A stretch of 64,000 nucleotides of DNA from Octopus vulgaris (Eukaryota), in assembly GCA_951406725.2 (NCBI GenBank), contig OX597833.1, forward strand, positions 47,740,001 to 47,804,000, written 5' to 3'. The notes below the pieces were generated by a model, which was given only the letters and a program-made list of their open reading frames with translations, did not search any database and was not told the origin of the DNA. Position 1 is the first letter of the stretch; every line of letters begins with the position of its first letter. A program made the translations under genes and the position numbers. Shown here piece after piece: positions 1 to 11,923 of this stretch.

Positions 1-96
1 TATAACATACTTAACGTCTCATTGAAATGCCAGAAGCCGCAGTTTTCGTTCGAGGACAATTCGGTTATAATCGTATTGTATTATTTTTATACAATA

Positions 97-491
97 CTAG
101 CAGTATCGCCCGGCGTTGCTCGGGTTTGTAAGGGAAATAACTATATAAGCATTTTTAGAGAGTTATAGCCAAAAAATAGCAAAAAATGCATTAAAAATGG
201 GAAAAAAATGATGGTAAATTTTTTTTTAAATCGTTGACTCATCGTAGACATTTTTAGAGAGTTACTTCCCTTATATAATAGCGAAAAAATGCATTAAAAT
301 GGAAAAAATGATGGTAATTTTTTTTTTAATCGTAGACTTATCGTAGACGCGCGCTAATACCCAGAAGGGCTCGATATGAATCACGACTATAAGATACCCG
401 GTTTTGGTTAAACTGCACCGCAAAATGTGGGAGTAGTTAGGAATCTAAATCGTAAGAGACAGACACACAACTTCACTTTTATATATAAAGA
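97..491 (-). mobile_element. Non-autonomous Helitron
   Basis: Minus strand starts TC(TTTATATATAAAAG) and ends with the hairpin CCCGAGCAACGCCGGG followed by ...CTAG; sits between A and T with no TSD; second copy at 29492. Confidence 0.85.
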
Positions 492-1024
492 TATTTCAGA
501 GCTAGGCGAAACGAAATTGCAATTTCCCGGAGTCAAAACTGCAGCTTCTGGCTTTTCAACGATACATTTACGTTACGTAAGTTATGTAGTTAAAGGGTAT
601 ATCTCCCTCCCGGGTCGTATAGATTCATAGACCCACTTTCCCTAGATTCTCTGGAGTATATTCTTCCCCGTCCTGGACGGGAAAACCAGTCCATCACAAG
701 AATTCTCATTTTTTGAATGCTGAGTGGACTGGAGCAACGTGAAATGAAGTGTTTTTCCTCAAGAATGCAACTCATCGCACGGTCCAGGAATCGAAACCGC
801 AATCTTACGATCATGAGTTCAACACATTAATCACCAAGTCACGCACATCCACTTTACATAGCTAAAGATAATTATCTGAATGTTCTGATCCGACTGATTA
901 AATATTGCGACCTAATTTTCATATGGCTTGAGAATATGGATTAAAAGAAGAAAGAATTCCGTTTCGGAAAATTCCTGATTCAAATACACAACAATGAAGG
1001 CAAAGTTTACAGAAATGCAAACGT

Positions 1025-1415
1025 AGGAGTGGCTGTGTAGTAAGTAGATTGCTTACGAACCATATGGTTCCGGGTTCAATCCCACTGCGTGGCACCTTGG
1101 GCAAGTGTCTTCTACTATAGCCTCGGGCCGACCAAAGCCTTGTGAGTGGATTAGGTAGAAGGAAACTGAAAGAAGCCCGTCGTATATATGTAAGTGTGTG
1201 TATATGTTTGTGTCGGTGTTTGTCTTCCCAACATCACTTGACAACCGATGCTGGTGTGTTTACGTCCCCGTAACTTAGCAGTTCGGTAAAAGAGGCCGAT
1301 AGAATAAGTAATAGGCTTACAAAGAATAAGTCCTGGAGTCGATTTGCTCGGCTAAAGGCGGTGCTCCAGCATGGCCACAGTCACATGACTGAAACAAGTA
1401 AAAGAGTAAAAGAGT
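1025..1415 (+). mobile_element. SINE family B (tRNA-like head, ACCTTGGGCAAGTG CORE-like segment, internal TA/TG microsatellite)
   Basis: Many copies, at about 3115-3545, 4345-4690, 16450-16845(-), 18745-19052(-), 22120-22493(-), 25295-25700, 27077-27345, 27835-28365, 38388-38740(-), 47400-47768, 49050-49425 and 54405-54730. Confidence 0.85.
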
Positions 1416-1424
1416 AAAGAGCGA

Positions 1425-1875
1425 AAAATGTACATCAACAAGTCAATTTTCTGGAATATGTCAAATGCTGCATTTGTGTAAATAAAAATATCTCCAAACA
1501 CATTTAACAAAAAATTGAATTCAGAATTTTGTAAATTAGAATACATCGCCTGAGCATAGGTATAGCTTTCCGTGTCCCATTTACTTAAATCATTAATGAT
1601 GTTTACGAATAAATCTGCAAGTTGCTTGTGATATTCACGAACTATTTCTACCAACAAATGATTCAAGTTCCAACGAGTTGGCGCCACTTTTGGAAAAACG
1701 CTTTTTAATTTCAGTATATAATAGATACACGCGTTTGATCGACTTACAAAAAAATAACGAAAAAGACTTTATCTGCGAAAAAAACTTATCGCATTCTTGA
1801 ATATTTGCAGCCGCTTGAGACAGAACTAGATTTAATCTACGGGCCATACAATGAACAAAAAAAGGGTCTTCTGCA
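1425..1875 (-). pseudogene. Degenerate hAT-superfamily transposase fragment
   Basis: FVHCMARRLNLVL (HCxAHxLNL-like) and, after a frameshift, APTRW, both hAT catalytic-region motifs; truncated by a SINE. Confidence 0.75.
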
Positions 1876-2681
1876 ATTTGAAAAAGTATAAAATATTAGT
1901 TGAAAACGACGCAGAAAACTACACGCGTGTTATCTTTTCACTGTTTTTTCTGATGGAAGCAGAATGTCAACTCGCTTCCCTTTTCCTATGTAAGTGTTAC
2001 ATAACAACGTAAGATTATATATATATCATAGGTATTGCGAATTGACAGAAGCTTTATCTAAGCGTATAAGTATTTATTAGCATTCAAAACTATTCGTTAT
2101 TAGCTCTTACTAGAAAAAATTCTTTGTGGCATTTTTATGGAAAGAATTTTTTAATATTACACCGAAATGGGGTGCAACAGCTCATGATATTTTGTGTCGT
2201 CTGCCACTGCTTGTCGTCTGCCATTGCTTGTCGTCAGCCAATAAAAGTCTGAAGCCTATGATGTCATATAGTTTATATTAATTTTACAGAACATTAGAAG
2301 AACGATCTTATGAAAAATAAGTAATATAGTTTCAATTTGGTTTCTATAATTTTTAAGGGAAGCGTATCTGTATATATACATATTATTATTATTGTTTTTT
2401 CGTATTATTTTTGTGTTTATATTCGTGTAACATCGTCCGTTTTTCCGTCCTTGTTTCGTATACATTCGAAGCTTTTTTCCAAGGAATCTAATGCTCTTAA
2501 TTAGTTTTTCCTTGGGGCTGACCAGATTGTAGCAATCTCAAGATTAATCAGCCGAAATTGCGAGGATGATCCGGTTCTTGACTGGAGATTAAAGGCTTCG
2601 AATGACCCGTCCGTGTTTTTTGTATCGTCTTCTGGATGTTTTGCGTTCTTGCCCCATTTTGGATTTTTTTATATATATATA

Positions 2682-2742
<61 letters not shown>

Positions 2743-3079
2743 CTGTATTGACAGAAGCTTTATCTAAGCGTGGTCTTGGTCAGCTTATTGTTTTCCCAAG
2801 CCCGTTTGGAGAGTTGGGCCATCGCAGCAGCTGCCTTGCCAATGCATATACTGAGCTTGTTTCAGGCATTTGACTTCGGCGATGCTGGGGCACCGCCTTT
2901 AGTCGAAGAAATCGACCCCAGGACTTATTCTTTGTAAGCCTAGTACTTATTCTATCGACTTCTTTTGCCGAACCGCAAAGTTACGGAGACGTAAACACAC
3001 CAGCATCGGTTGTCAAGCGATGGTGGGGGGACAAGCACAGACACACAAATACACACACACACACACACACGCACGCACG

Positions 3080-3114
<35 letters not shown>

Positions 3115-3266
3115 GGCTGTGTGGTAAGTAGCTTGCTAACCATCTACATGGTTCAGGGTTCAGTCCCACTGTGCGGCACCTTGGGCAAGTGTCTTCTACT
3201 ATAGCCCCGGGCCGACCAATGCCTTGTGAGTGGATTTGGTAGACGGAAACTGAAAGAAGCCTGTCG

Positions 3267-3347
<81 letters not shown>

Positions 3348-3553
3348 CTGTGTTTGTCCCCCTAGCATTGCTTGACAACCGATGCTGGAGTGTTTATGTC
3401 CCCGTTACTTAGCGGTTCGGCAAAAGAGAACGATAGAATAAGTACTGGGCTTACAAAAAGAATAAGTCCCGGGGTCGAGTTGCTCGATTAAAGGCGGTGC
3501 TCCAGCATGGCCGCAGTCAAATGACTGAAACAAGTAAAAGAGTAATAAAAGAG

Positions 3554-3618
<65 letters not shown>

Positions 3619-4460
3619 CATACATATATACGACGGGCTTTCTTCAGTTTCCGTCTACCAAATCCACTCACAAGGGTTTGGTCGGCCCGAGGCTATAGTA
3701 GAAGACACGCGTCCAAGCTACTTACCATACAGCCACATTGATATCTATATACAATGTTTGTGATATTGCTGGTGTAGAGCAGTAGCGTAGCTAGAGGCGT
3801 ACCGCCCGAGGCAACACTTGAGTTTTCCACCCCAACAGCCGGCCCCCGACAAAAAAAAAAATACAATATATTGACTTATACAGTAGACCCAAAAGTGCTG
3901 CTCAGGGCAGGCCTACTCCACTCTGCCTCCCAGCTATGCTATTGATATAAAGCATGTTAAAGGACCATTGCTGCATCCTGAGCGGTTTACGATACCACAA
4001 ATCCGTTTTGCAGATATGGAGGGAAATAGTGAGACATAAATTAGACTTTAGCTTTAGACGTTCATTGATGCTTGATTTCTGAATATGTTGGTGGGAACTA
4101 ATGATATAAACAAAAGCTGAACTTTCTATACGTTTGTATTTGACAGCATTTCTTGAATTACCAAATTTTGAACCAAAGTGTAATGACATTTGCTTCTGAT
4201 AAGACTCAATGGAAGTGGCGCCTGAGGTCTCTATCCCAACGACGCCCACCAAAATATAGTGGGCGGAGGAGATGGATGGATGGATGGATGGATGGATGAA
4301 TCAAAGTACCTGATTAATGCTTTAGGCCATTCGTCAAAATTTGTGTGGTAAGACATGGTTCCGGGTTCAGTTGCAAGTGTCTTCTACTATAGTCTCGGGC
4401 AGACCAAAGTCTTGTGAGTGGATTTGGTAGGCGGAAATTGAAAGAAGCCCGTCGTATATA

Positions 4461-4501
<41 letters not shown>

Positions 4502-5065
4502 ATCTAAATGTTTGTGTGTCACTGTGTTTGTGTTTGTACCCCCATCACCACTTGACAACCGGTGTTGGTGTGTTTACATCCCATAAATTAGCGGTTCGGC
4601 CAATTTGTTCGACTAAAAGAAAAACCCTTCGAGGCGGTGCTCCAGCATGGCCGTAGTCAAATAACTGAAACAAATAGAAGAATAAAAGAATTCTTTTAAA
4701 AAAAAAAGAACAACGAAATTCTTATTTTGCTCCCTTTCGTTCATTCCATTGTGCTTATCATCCGTTGATGGAGCACCTCTGCTCGCGAACGAGCCTATGG
4801 CTACCATTTATTAACGAAGATATATGTTGAAATGCAATACGTTAAAATACATACCAACGAGTATGGAAAATAACCAGAAGTAGACATTAAGCAGGTTCAT
4901 AAGTTCAACGATACAGAATAACATAAATATATGCCTAACCTCAGATCTAACCTTGTATTACTTTTCAAGGTTTTAGATTATAATATCTGTAAAGCATTGT
5001 TCATTTCAAATAATTTTTTTTTTTGAAATTGAGGACAAGTATTATGAATAGTAAAGTTATATTTA

Positions 5066-5115
<50 letters not shown>

Positions 5116-5140
5116 TTCAGCATAAATAAAAATATATATA

Positions 5141-5215
<75 letters not shown>

Positions 5216-5382
5216 GAAATTAATTAATTTGGAATAATCATCAATGTCACCAAGTAGATTTCGGCTTGTAAAAACCCCATTCAATTCCGAAACGTACGTC
5301 CGTAGGTGACTTAATGTAGAATGATTATCGTCATTTCTTTCTCTTTTGGCAAATCGTTGCTAAACCCTTAATTACTTAGTAA

Positions 5383-5418
<36 letters not shown>

Positions 5419-6371
5419 GTAACAGTAATGGTGAAGGTGGAATCAGTGGTCACCAGTGTAACGGTTGTTGTTGCTGTTGAGCGAACGGTCTTCGTCCCAG
5501 AGCTCGCAAGGTGGGAGAAGTCCGAAACGTGGTCCTTTGCTATTCGTAAGACCCGCAGAAGAGAAAGCAGGTCACCGCCAACCCCCCCCCCCGACACCGA
5601 GAGCATCGACAGATGGATGAATTCGCATCCAGGCTCAGCGGTTGCGTAGGAAGTCGGGGACAAGAAGCAGGAAGAAAGAGTAAGAGAAAGTTGGAGAGAA
5701 AGAGTACAGCAGGGGTCGCCAGCGCCCCCTGCCGGAGCTTCGTGGAGCTTTTAGGTGTTTTCGCTCAATAAACACACACAATGCCCGGTCTGGGAATCGA
5801 AACCGCGATCCTCCGACCGCGAGTCCGCTGCCCTAACCACTGGGCCATTGCGCCTCCACTTGTTGTTGCTGCAGATGTGCAAGATGAAAGAACAGCAATC
5901 GAAGTTGTAAAGAAATATTTATTTACTGTTACTTAATATAATGCCGTGCTTCGATGGGTAGGTGTGATATAATTGAAAGAGCAAACGAGGTTAAGAAAGG
6001 TTATTTTGACCTGTATGTGTGTACACGTTCTTATTGTTGTAGTAAACCATAGATAGTGATAGATGGAAGCACTCCGTCGGTTACGACGATGAGGGTTCCG
6101 GTTGATCCGAATCAACGGAATTGTAGTGAAATTAACGTGTAAGTGGCTGAGCACTCCACAGACACGTGTACCCTTAACGTAGTTCTCGGGGATATTCAGC
6201 GTGACACAGAGAGTGACAGGTACAACAGAAACAGGAAGTAAGAGTCCGCGATCCTATGACCGCGAGTCCGCTGCCCTAACCACTGGGCCATTGCGCCTCC
6301 ACATAGTGATAGAATGATGTAAGAGAAAACAAATTGAGCTAGTGAAAGTTATAGAGTCGAGGGAAGGTGTG

Positions 6372-6789
6372 GGATCTTTTCGGTTTGAATGGCAGTTTTT
6401 TCTAGTGGTGTCATATGAAATTGTCACCCATAATTATGACCCTAGTATCGATCTATTGCATTTCAATCTGTTTTAGGGTTAGGGTTAGAGGTGGGGGAAG
6501 GGTATCTTCTTTTCTTCAGAAATGTAAATAAACCCAATCTGTTTCTTAAACGAGGGACATATTCATACGGCATAGAATGTTTTTTTTTACCTCAATAGAA
6601 GTCAGTGATTGGTTGAAATTGCAGAAATTGAAAAAAAAAACAACAAATATCTTACAAACTATAGAATTTTCTCAATAAAGCCAAGAGAAAAAGATGTTTT
6701 ATAAACACATTCTACCAGTATACGAAGTTTAAAATTTTTTAGTTACCTAGAAATTATGTTAAAAACTGCCGTTCAAACCGAAAAGATCC
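6372..6789. mobile_element. ~420-bp MITE with TIR GGATCTTTTCGGTTTGAACGGCAGTTTTT
   Basis: ~29-bp TIRs and internal TTAGGG; no clear TSD at this copy. Confidence 0.88.
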
Positions 6790-7268
6790 AAGTTGAGTCT
6801 CATAGTTTGCTAACTGTAACCTCCTTTCTCCCTCTGGCCATTTGGTCTCAAGTGGCTGCCTGCTTGTGGCCATGACTCTAGTTGTCCGTTCACTAACTGA
6901 TTTTGCCTTACCAAATTCTAGTATGCAAAACCAACCAGAAGGATAGATATATTGTTCAGAACAATAGATGTCGTTGGGGTCTGTTATGGCCTAGCAAAGG
7001 TTAGAAGGGTCAAGTGGAAAAGACATTATTCTGCTTAGCGAAGTCATCTGGTAAATGTAACTGCTGTCACTCACAGAAAAACTATTGTTTTACCGTGAGA
7101 AAAGTGCTATTGAACTGTTAAGTGAAATTTGGCGATCGCGGATCGAATCCACGCCATGCCTGCATGAACCACTACACACACACACACACAGATATATGTA
7201 TATATATATATTAATAAATAAATATATGCATATATATAAAAGCTTATATGTACGTACCTACCTCTACA

Positions 7269-7329
<61 letters not shown>

Positions 7330-7423
7330 CTAAATAAGCTTCCATCTTTCCTGAGCGCCTATTAATAATAATACTGTAATTGTTCCACGTGTTGTTGTTT
7401 TTTCTGTTTTCCCGTTTGGCATT

Positions 7424-7512
<89 letters not shown>

Positions 7513-7809
7513 CAACAATTGAGGGTAAAATTAATTAATTATTAATCAATTTCACCAAGTATTCAGTATGTAAAGGGACCATTTAAGGCGAATTCAAAAT
7601 ATTACATTTTATAAAGGGCTTAGTAAAATAAATTACTTTGCCACATACTGAACTCATTAGAAATAGCAGCCAAAAAAAAAAAATAATAATTTTTTTTTTT
7701 TAGCCAAATTCTAATACTTAAAGAAAATTTCTCTCAGATAGTGCTTACTCAAAATAGCCCACGAAGGTATGGGGGTAAAAACATTAAAAAATTACAAGTG
7801 CAAAGGTTA

Positions 7810-7871
7810 TTTGAGAACGTACGTTTCTAGATCAGCCAAATATAATTCGACATTTCTTTCGTCAGCCCAAA
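7810..7871 (-). ncRNA. Candidate minimal type I hammerhead ribozyme (copy 1)
   Basis: TTTGGG-CTGACGA-stem II-GAAA-C-GTAC-G-TT-CTCAAA; stem I arms are complementary. Confidence 0.6.
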
Positions 7872-8376
7872 ATTCCTTAATTCGGATTTGTAAACACTGA
7901 AAGTAAGAGCATACCCTTTTGGCGACTTTTCACCTCCGAAAGATCCGTTCAGACTAACAGTGCCAACAAATTCAAAATATGCAAGCGAAGAATTTCTGCC
8001 CTCCCCTTTCCACCCACGTGGGCTAACCTAGCAAACACCATAATTTTATCGGTGAAAACCGAAGCATTAAACAGAGAGAAATGAATTATAATTTCAACAA
8101 TTGAGGGTAAAATTAATTAATTATTAATCAATTTCACCAAGTATTCAGTATGTAAAGGGACCATTTAAGGCGAATTCAAAATATTACATTTTATAAAGGG
8201 CTTAGTAAAATAAATTACTTTGCCACATACTGAACTCATTAGAAATAGCAGCCAAAAAAAAATTTTTTTAGCCAAATTGTAATACTTAAAGAAAATTTCT
8301 CTCAGATAGTGCTTACTCAAAATAGCCCACGAAGGTATGGGGTAAAAACATTAAAAAATCACAAGTGCAAAGGTTA

Positions 8377-8438
8377 TTTGAGAACGTACGTTTCTAGATC
8401 AGCCAAATACAATTCGACATTTCTTTCGTCAGCCCAAA
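8377..8438 (-). ncRNA. Candidate minimal type I hammerhead ribozyme (copy 2)
   Basis: Same motif, offset 567 nt from copy 1. Confidence 0.6.
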
Positions 8439-8551
8439 ATTACTTAATTCGGATTTGTAAACACTGAAAGTAGGAGCATACCCTTTTGGCGACTTTTCAC
8501 CTCCGAAGATCCGTTCAGACTAACAGTGCCAACAAATCCGAATTAAGGAAT

Positions 8552-8613
8552 TTTGGGCTGACGAAAGAAATGTCGAATTGTATTTGGCTGATCTAGAAAC
8601 GTACGTTCTCAAA
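8552..8613 (+). ncRNA. Candidate minimal type I hammerhead ribozyme (copy 3, in the inverted segment)
   Basis: TTTGGG CTGACGA AAGAAATGTCGAATTGTATTTGGCTGATCTA GAAA CGTACG TT CTCAAA. Confidence 0.6.
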
Positions 8614-8755
8614 TAACCTTTGCACTATTTTTAATGTTTTTACCCCATACCTTTAGGGCTATTTTGAGTAAGCACTATCTGAGAGAAATTTTCTTTAAGT
8701 ATTAGAATTTGGCTAAAAAATTTTTTGGCTGCTATATGAGTTCAGTATGTGGCAA

Positions 8756-8849
<94 letters not shown>

Positions 8850-9910
8850 CGCTCCTTGGCCAGCGGGGTGGCGTCATTCGAAGGCTAAAACAATGCGAAG
8901 CGCATTGTGACCAGCGGTAACAACATCTGATGCATGGTCGGTCACGGTGATCACGGTGAGATATATATATATATATATATATATGTATTTCGAACCTTTC
9001 TCATTAACCATTGTATCTAGTTTTATCCCTCTTCTTTCTTCGTTTTAATTTGCTTTTCCATGCAGATGCACCATCCCTGAGTGCAGACCACTTTGTATAA
9101 TCACAACTGCCGTAAAGGGAAAAAAGAGCATTGGCAAGGAAAACAAAGGCAGGTCAAATGGTCTTCAGATTTGTTCAGAAATTCGACAACTTACCTGTGG
9201 ACATCCATTTGTGTGTGTGTGTGTGTGTCCCACCACCACCGTTTGACAAACGGTGATGGTGTGTTTACGTCCTCGTAATTTAGCGGTTCATCGAAGGATA
9301 TCGATAGATTGAGTACCAGTCGATTCATTCGACTAAAATTCTTCAACGCGGTGCTCCAGCATGGCCGTAGTCTAATGACCGCAGCAAGTGAAAAATAAAA
9401 GACAAATGAGCAACTGCATAGATGCCCCTCGTCTGCCCATATATTTTCGTCTTTGTCAAGAACAAAGAACCTTTCGTTCGCTTGCATTTCTAAATTCAAG
9501 CACTTTTAATCTCAAGCACCCTAGAATCTCTAATTGTCTCGTTCAACTTTATTATTGGCTTGGATTTAAAGCGGCGAGCTGGTTGAATCGTTAGCACGCT
9601 GGGCAAAATACAGTTCTTACGGCTTTACGTTTTGAGTTCAAAACTCCACCGAGGTCGACTTTGTCTTTCATCTTTTTCGGGTTCGCTAAAATAAGTACCA
9701 GTTGAGTACAGGGTCAATGTAATCGACTTTCTCCCTCCCCCCAAAAAAAATTTCAGGCCTTATACTAAAATTTGAAATCATTACTGACTTGGATTAAAAC
9801 GGCGAGTCCCCCTCTCACAAAATTTCAGGTCTTGTGCCTGTAGTAAAAAAACCGAATTAATGGCTTGAATTCGGATTAAGCGTGAGAGCAGATATACAAT
9901 AATCCTATAC

Positions 9911-10270
9911 AGGCGGCGAGCTGGCAGAAACGTTAGCGCGCTGGGCGAAATGCTTTACCTTTCATCCTTTCGGGGTCGATAAATTAAGTACCAGTTACGC
10001 ACTGGGGTCGATGTAATCGACTTAATACCTACGTCTGTCCTTGTTTGTCCCCTCTATGTTTAGCCCCTTGTGGGTAGTAAAGAAATAGGTATTTCGTCTG
10101 TCGTTACGTTCTGAGTTCAAACTCCGCCGGGGTCGACTTTGCCTTTCATCCTTTCGGGGTCGATAAATAAAGTACCAGTTTCGCACTGGGGCCGATGTAA
10201 TCGACTTAATCCCTTTGTCTGTCCTTGTTTGTCCCCTCTGTGTTTCGCCCCTTGTGGGCAGTAAAGAAAT
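9911..10270 (+). mobile_element. SINE family A (GGCGGCGAGCTGGCAGAA head, GTTCAAAT B-box, duplicated body)
   Basis: 19-bp TSD ATATACAATAATCCTATAC at 9892-9910 and 10271-10289. Further copies at about 13630-14034, 19638-20185, 22597-22829, 25796-26026, 30583-31033, 36994-37192 and 39481-39650. Confidence 0.88.
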
Positions 10271-10298
10271 ATATACAATAATCCTATACGTTAATACC

Positions 10299-10714
10299 TA
10301 TTTCTTTACTACCCACAAGGGGCTACACACAGAGAGGACAAACAAGGACAGACAAACGGATTAAGTCGATTACATCGACCCCAGTGCGTAACTGGTACTT
10401 AATTTTAACGACCCCGAAAGGATGACAGGCAAAGTCGTCCTCGGCGGAATTTGAACTCAGAATGTAACGGCAGGTAAAATACCTATTTCTTTATTACCCA
10501 CAAGGGGCTAAACACAGAGGGGACAAACAAGGACAGACATAGGTATTAAGTCGATTACATCGACCCCAGTGCGTAACTGGTACTTAATTTATCGACCCCG
10601 AAAGGATGAAAGGCAAAGTCGACCTCGGCGGAATTTGAACTCACAACGTAACGCAGACGAAATACCGCTAAGCATTTCGCCCAGCGTGCTAACGTTTCTG
10701 CCAGCTCGCCGCCT
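10299..10714 (-). mobile_element. SINE family A, opposite orientation
   Basis: 17-bp TSD with one mismatch at 10282-10298 and 10715-10731. Confidence 0.88.
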
Positions 10715-11252
10715 TCCTATACGTTAGTACCATCAACCCTTACTCATCCACAACAGAAGTCTAATTATAGCGACTATTGTTCATATCTTAACAATCAATA
10801 CTTATTAGAATGTTCATGAGACAGGTGTTAGTGCTACCATAACAGAATTCAGGTTAGTTTTCAAGCTGTAGAATCAACTGGGAATTTAAACTAATTTTAA
10901 AACACCATCTGCATAAAAATAATAACTAATTAGTGTCAACATGTTTACTACCAGGTCTATTAAGAAAAGCTAACGAGAAATACATATGCGATGAAGGGGG
11001 AAAATAATAATATTTGTCATTTGTCAAAGACTGACATCATTTTACGATTTTCCCGAAAACACGGGAAACAATTCTGAACATATTTTAGTCTTATTCTGAT
11101 CTCCTCACTAAAGTACAGCCACCACTGAACTTACCAAACTAAAGGATGAGTTTATAAGTAGGAATGGATCATTGTTCAGAGATTAAGTAAAATTATTCTG
11201 AATATATTTTAGTCTTATTCTGATCTCCTCACTAAAGTATAGCCACTAAATT

Positions 11253-11312
<60 letters not shown>

Positions 11313-11923
11313 TATAAGTAGGAATGAGTTTATAAGTAGGAATGAGTTTATAAGTAGGAATGGATCATTGTTCAGAGATTAAGTAAAATTATTCTTTATT
11401 TTTTTTCCTCGCAAGCACGGGAGATGATATCGTAAATGTTTCCATCTTTCCACTAATGGGGAAATGAGCAATAGTCCATTACGGGGGGTTATTATGCCCT
11501 AATATTAGACTATTCTCTGTAGTCAATATACGGTGAGTCGTACAAAATGCTTAGTAGCATTTCGTCCGTCTTTATGTTTTAGATTCAAATTCCGCCAAGG
11601 TCGACTTTGCCTATCATCCTTCCGGGGTCAATAAAATAAGTACCAGTCCAGTGCTGGGGCCGATATAATTGGCTTACCCCCTCGCCTAAAGTTGCAGAAC
11701 TTGTGCCAAAATTTGAAATTAATATGTGGTGAAAGTTTATAATTTTATTTACATAATTTTAGCTTTTGTTTGATTAAAATAATTATTGCTTTCAATTTTT
11801 CCTTCCCTTTTTTTTTTGTCTTTGTTCTTTCTAGCAAAGGGATGAAAGAAGTTACAAAATTTAATAACCCCTGATTTACAGGAAGTAGTTGTACCTATAT
11901 AGAAAATTTTTTAAATAATAAAT

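Larger units (their letters stand above)
7509..8756 (-). mobile_element. Penelope-like pseudo-LTR / retrozyme-like tandem plus inverted repeat in a (TA)n tract
   Basis: Direct copies at 7509-8090 and 8091-8537, inverted partial copy at 8532-8756, (TA)n on both sides, and a hammerhead-like motif in each copy. Confidence 0.7.

Noticed and set aside
3902-4252. 116-aa ORF in unique sequence
   Set aside because: No recognisable motif or convincing splice context
9030-9200. Acceptor-like polypyrimidine/CAG and a minus-strand CAGGTAAGT donor
   Set aside because: No recognisable peptide or partner exons; adjacent to SINE and microsatellite sequence
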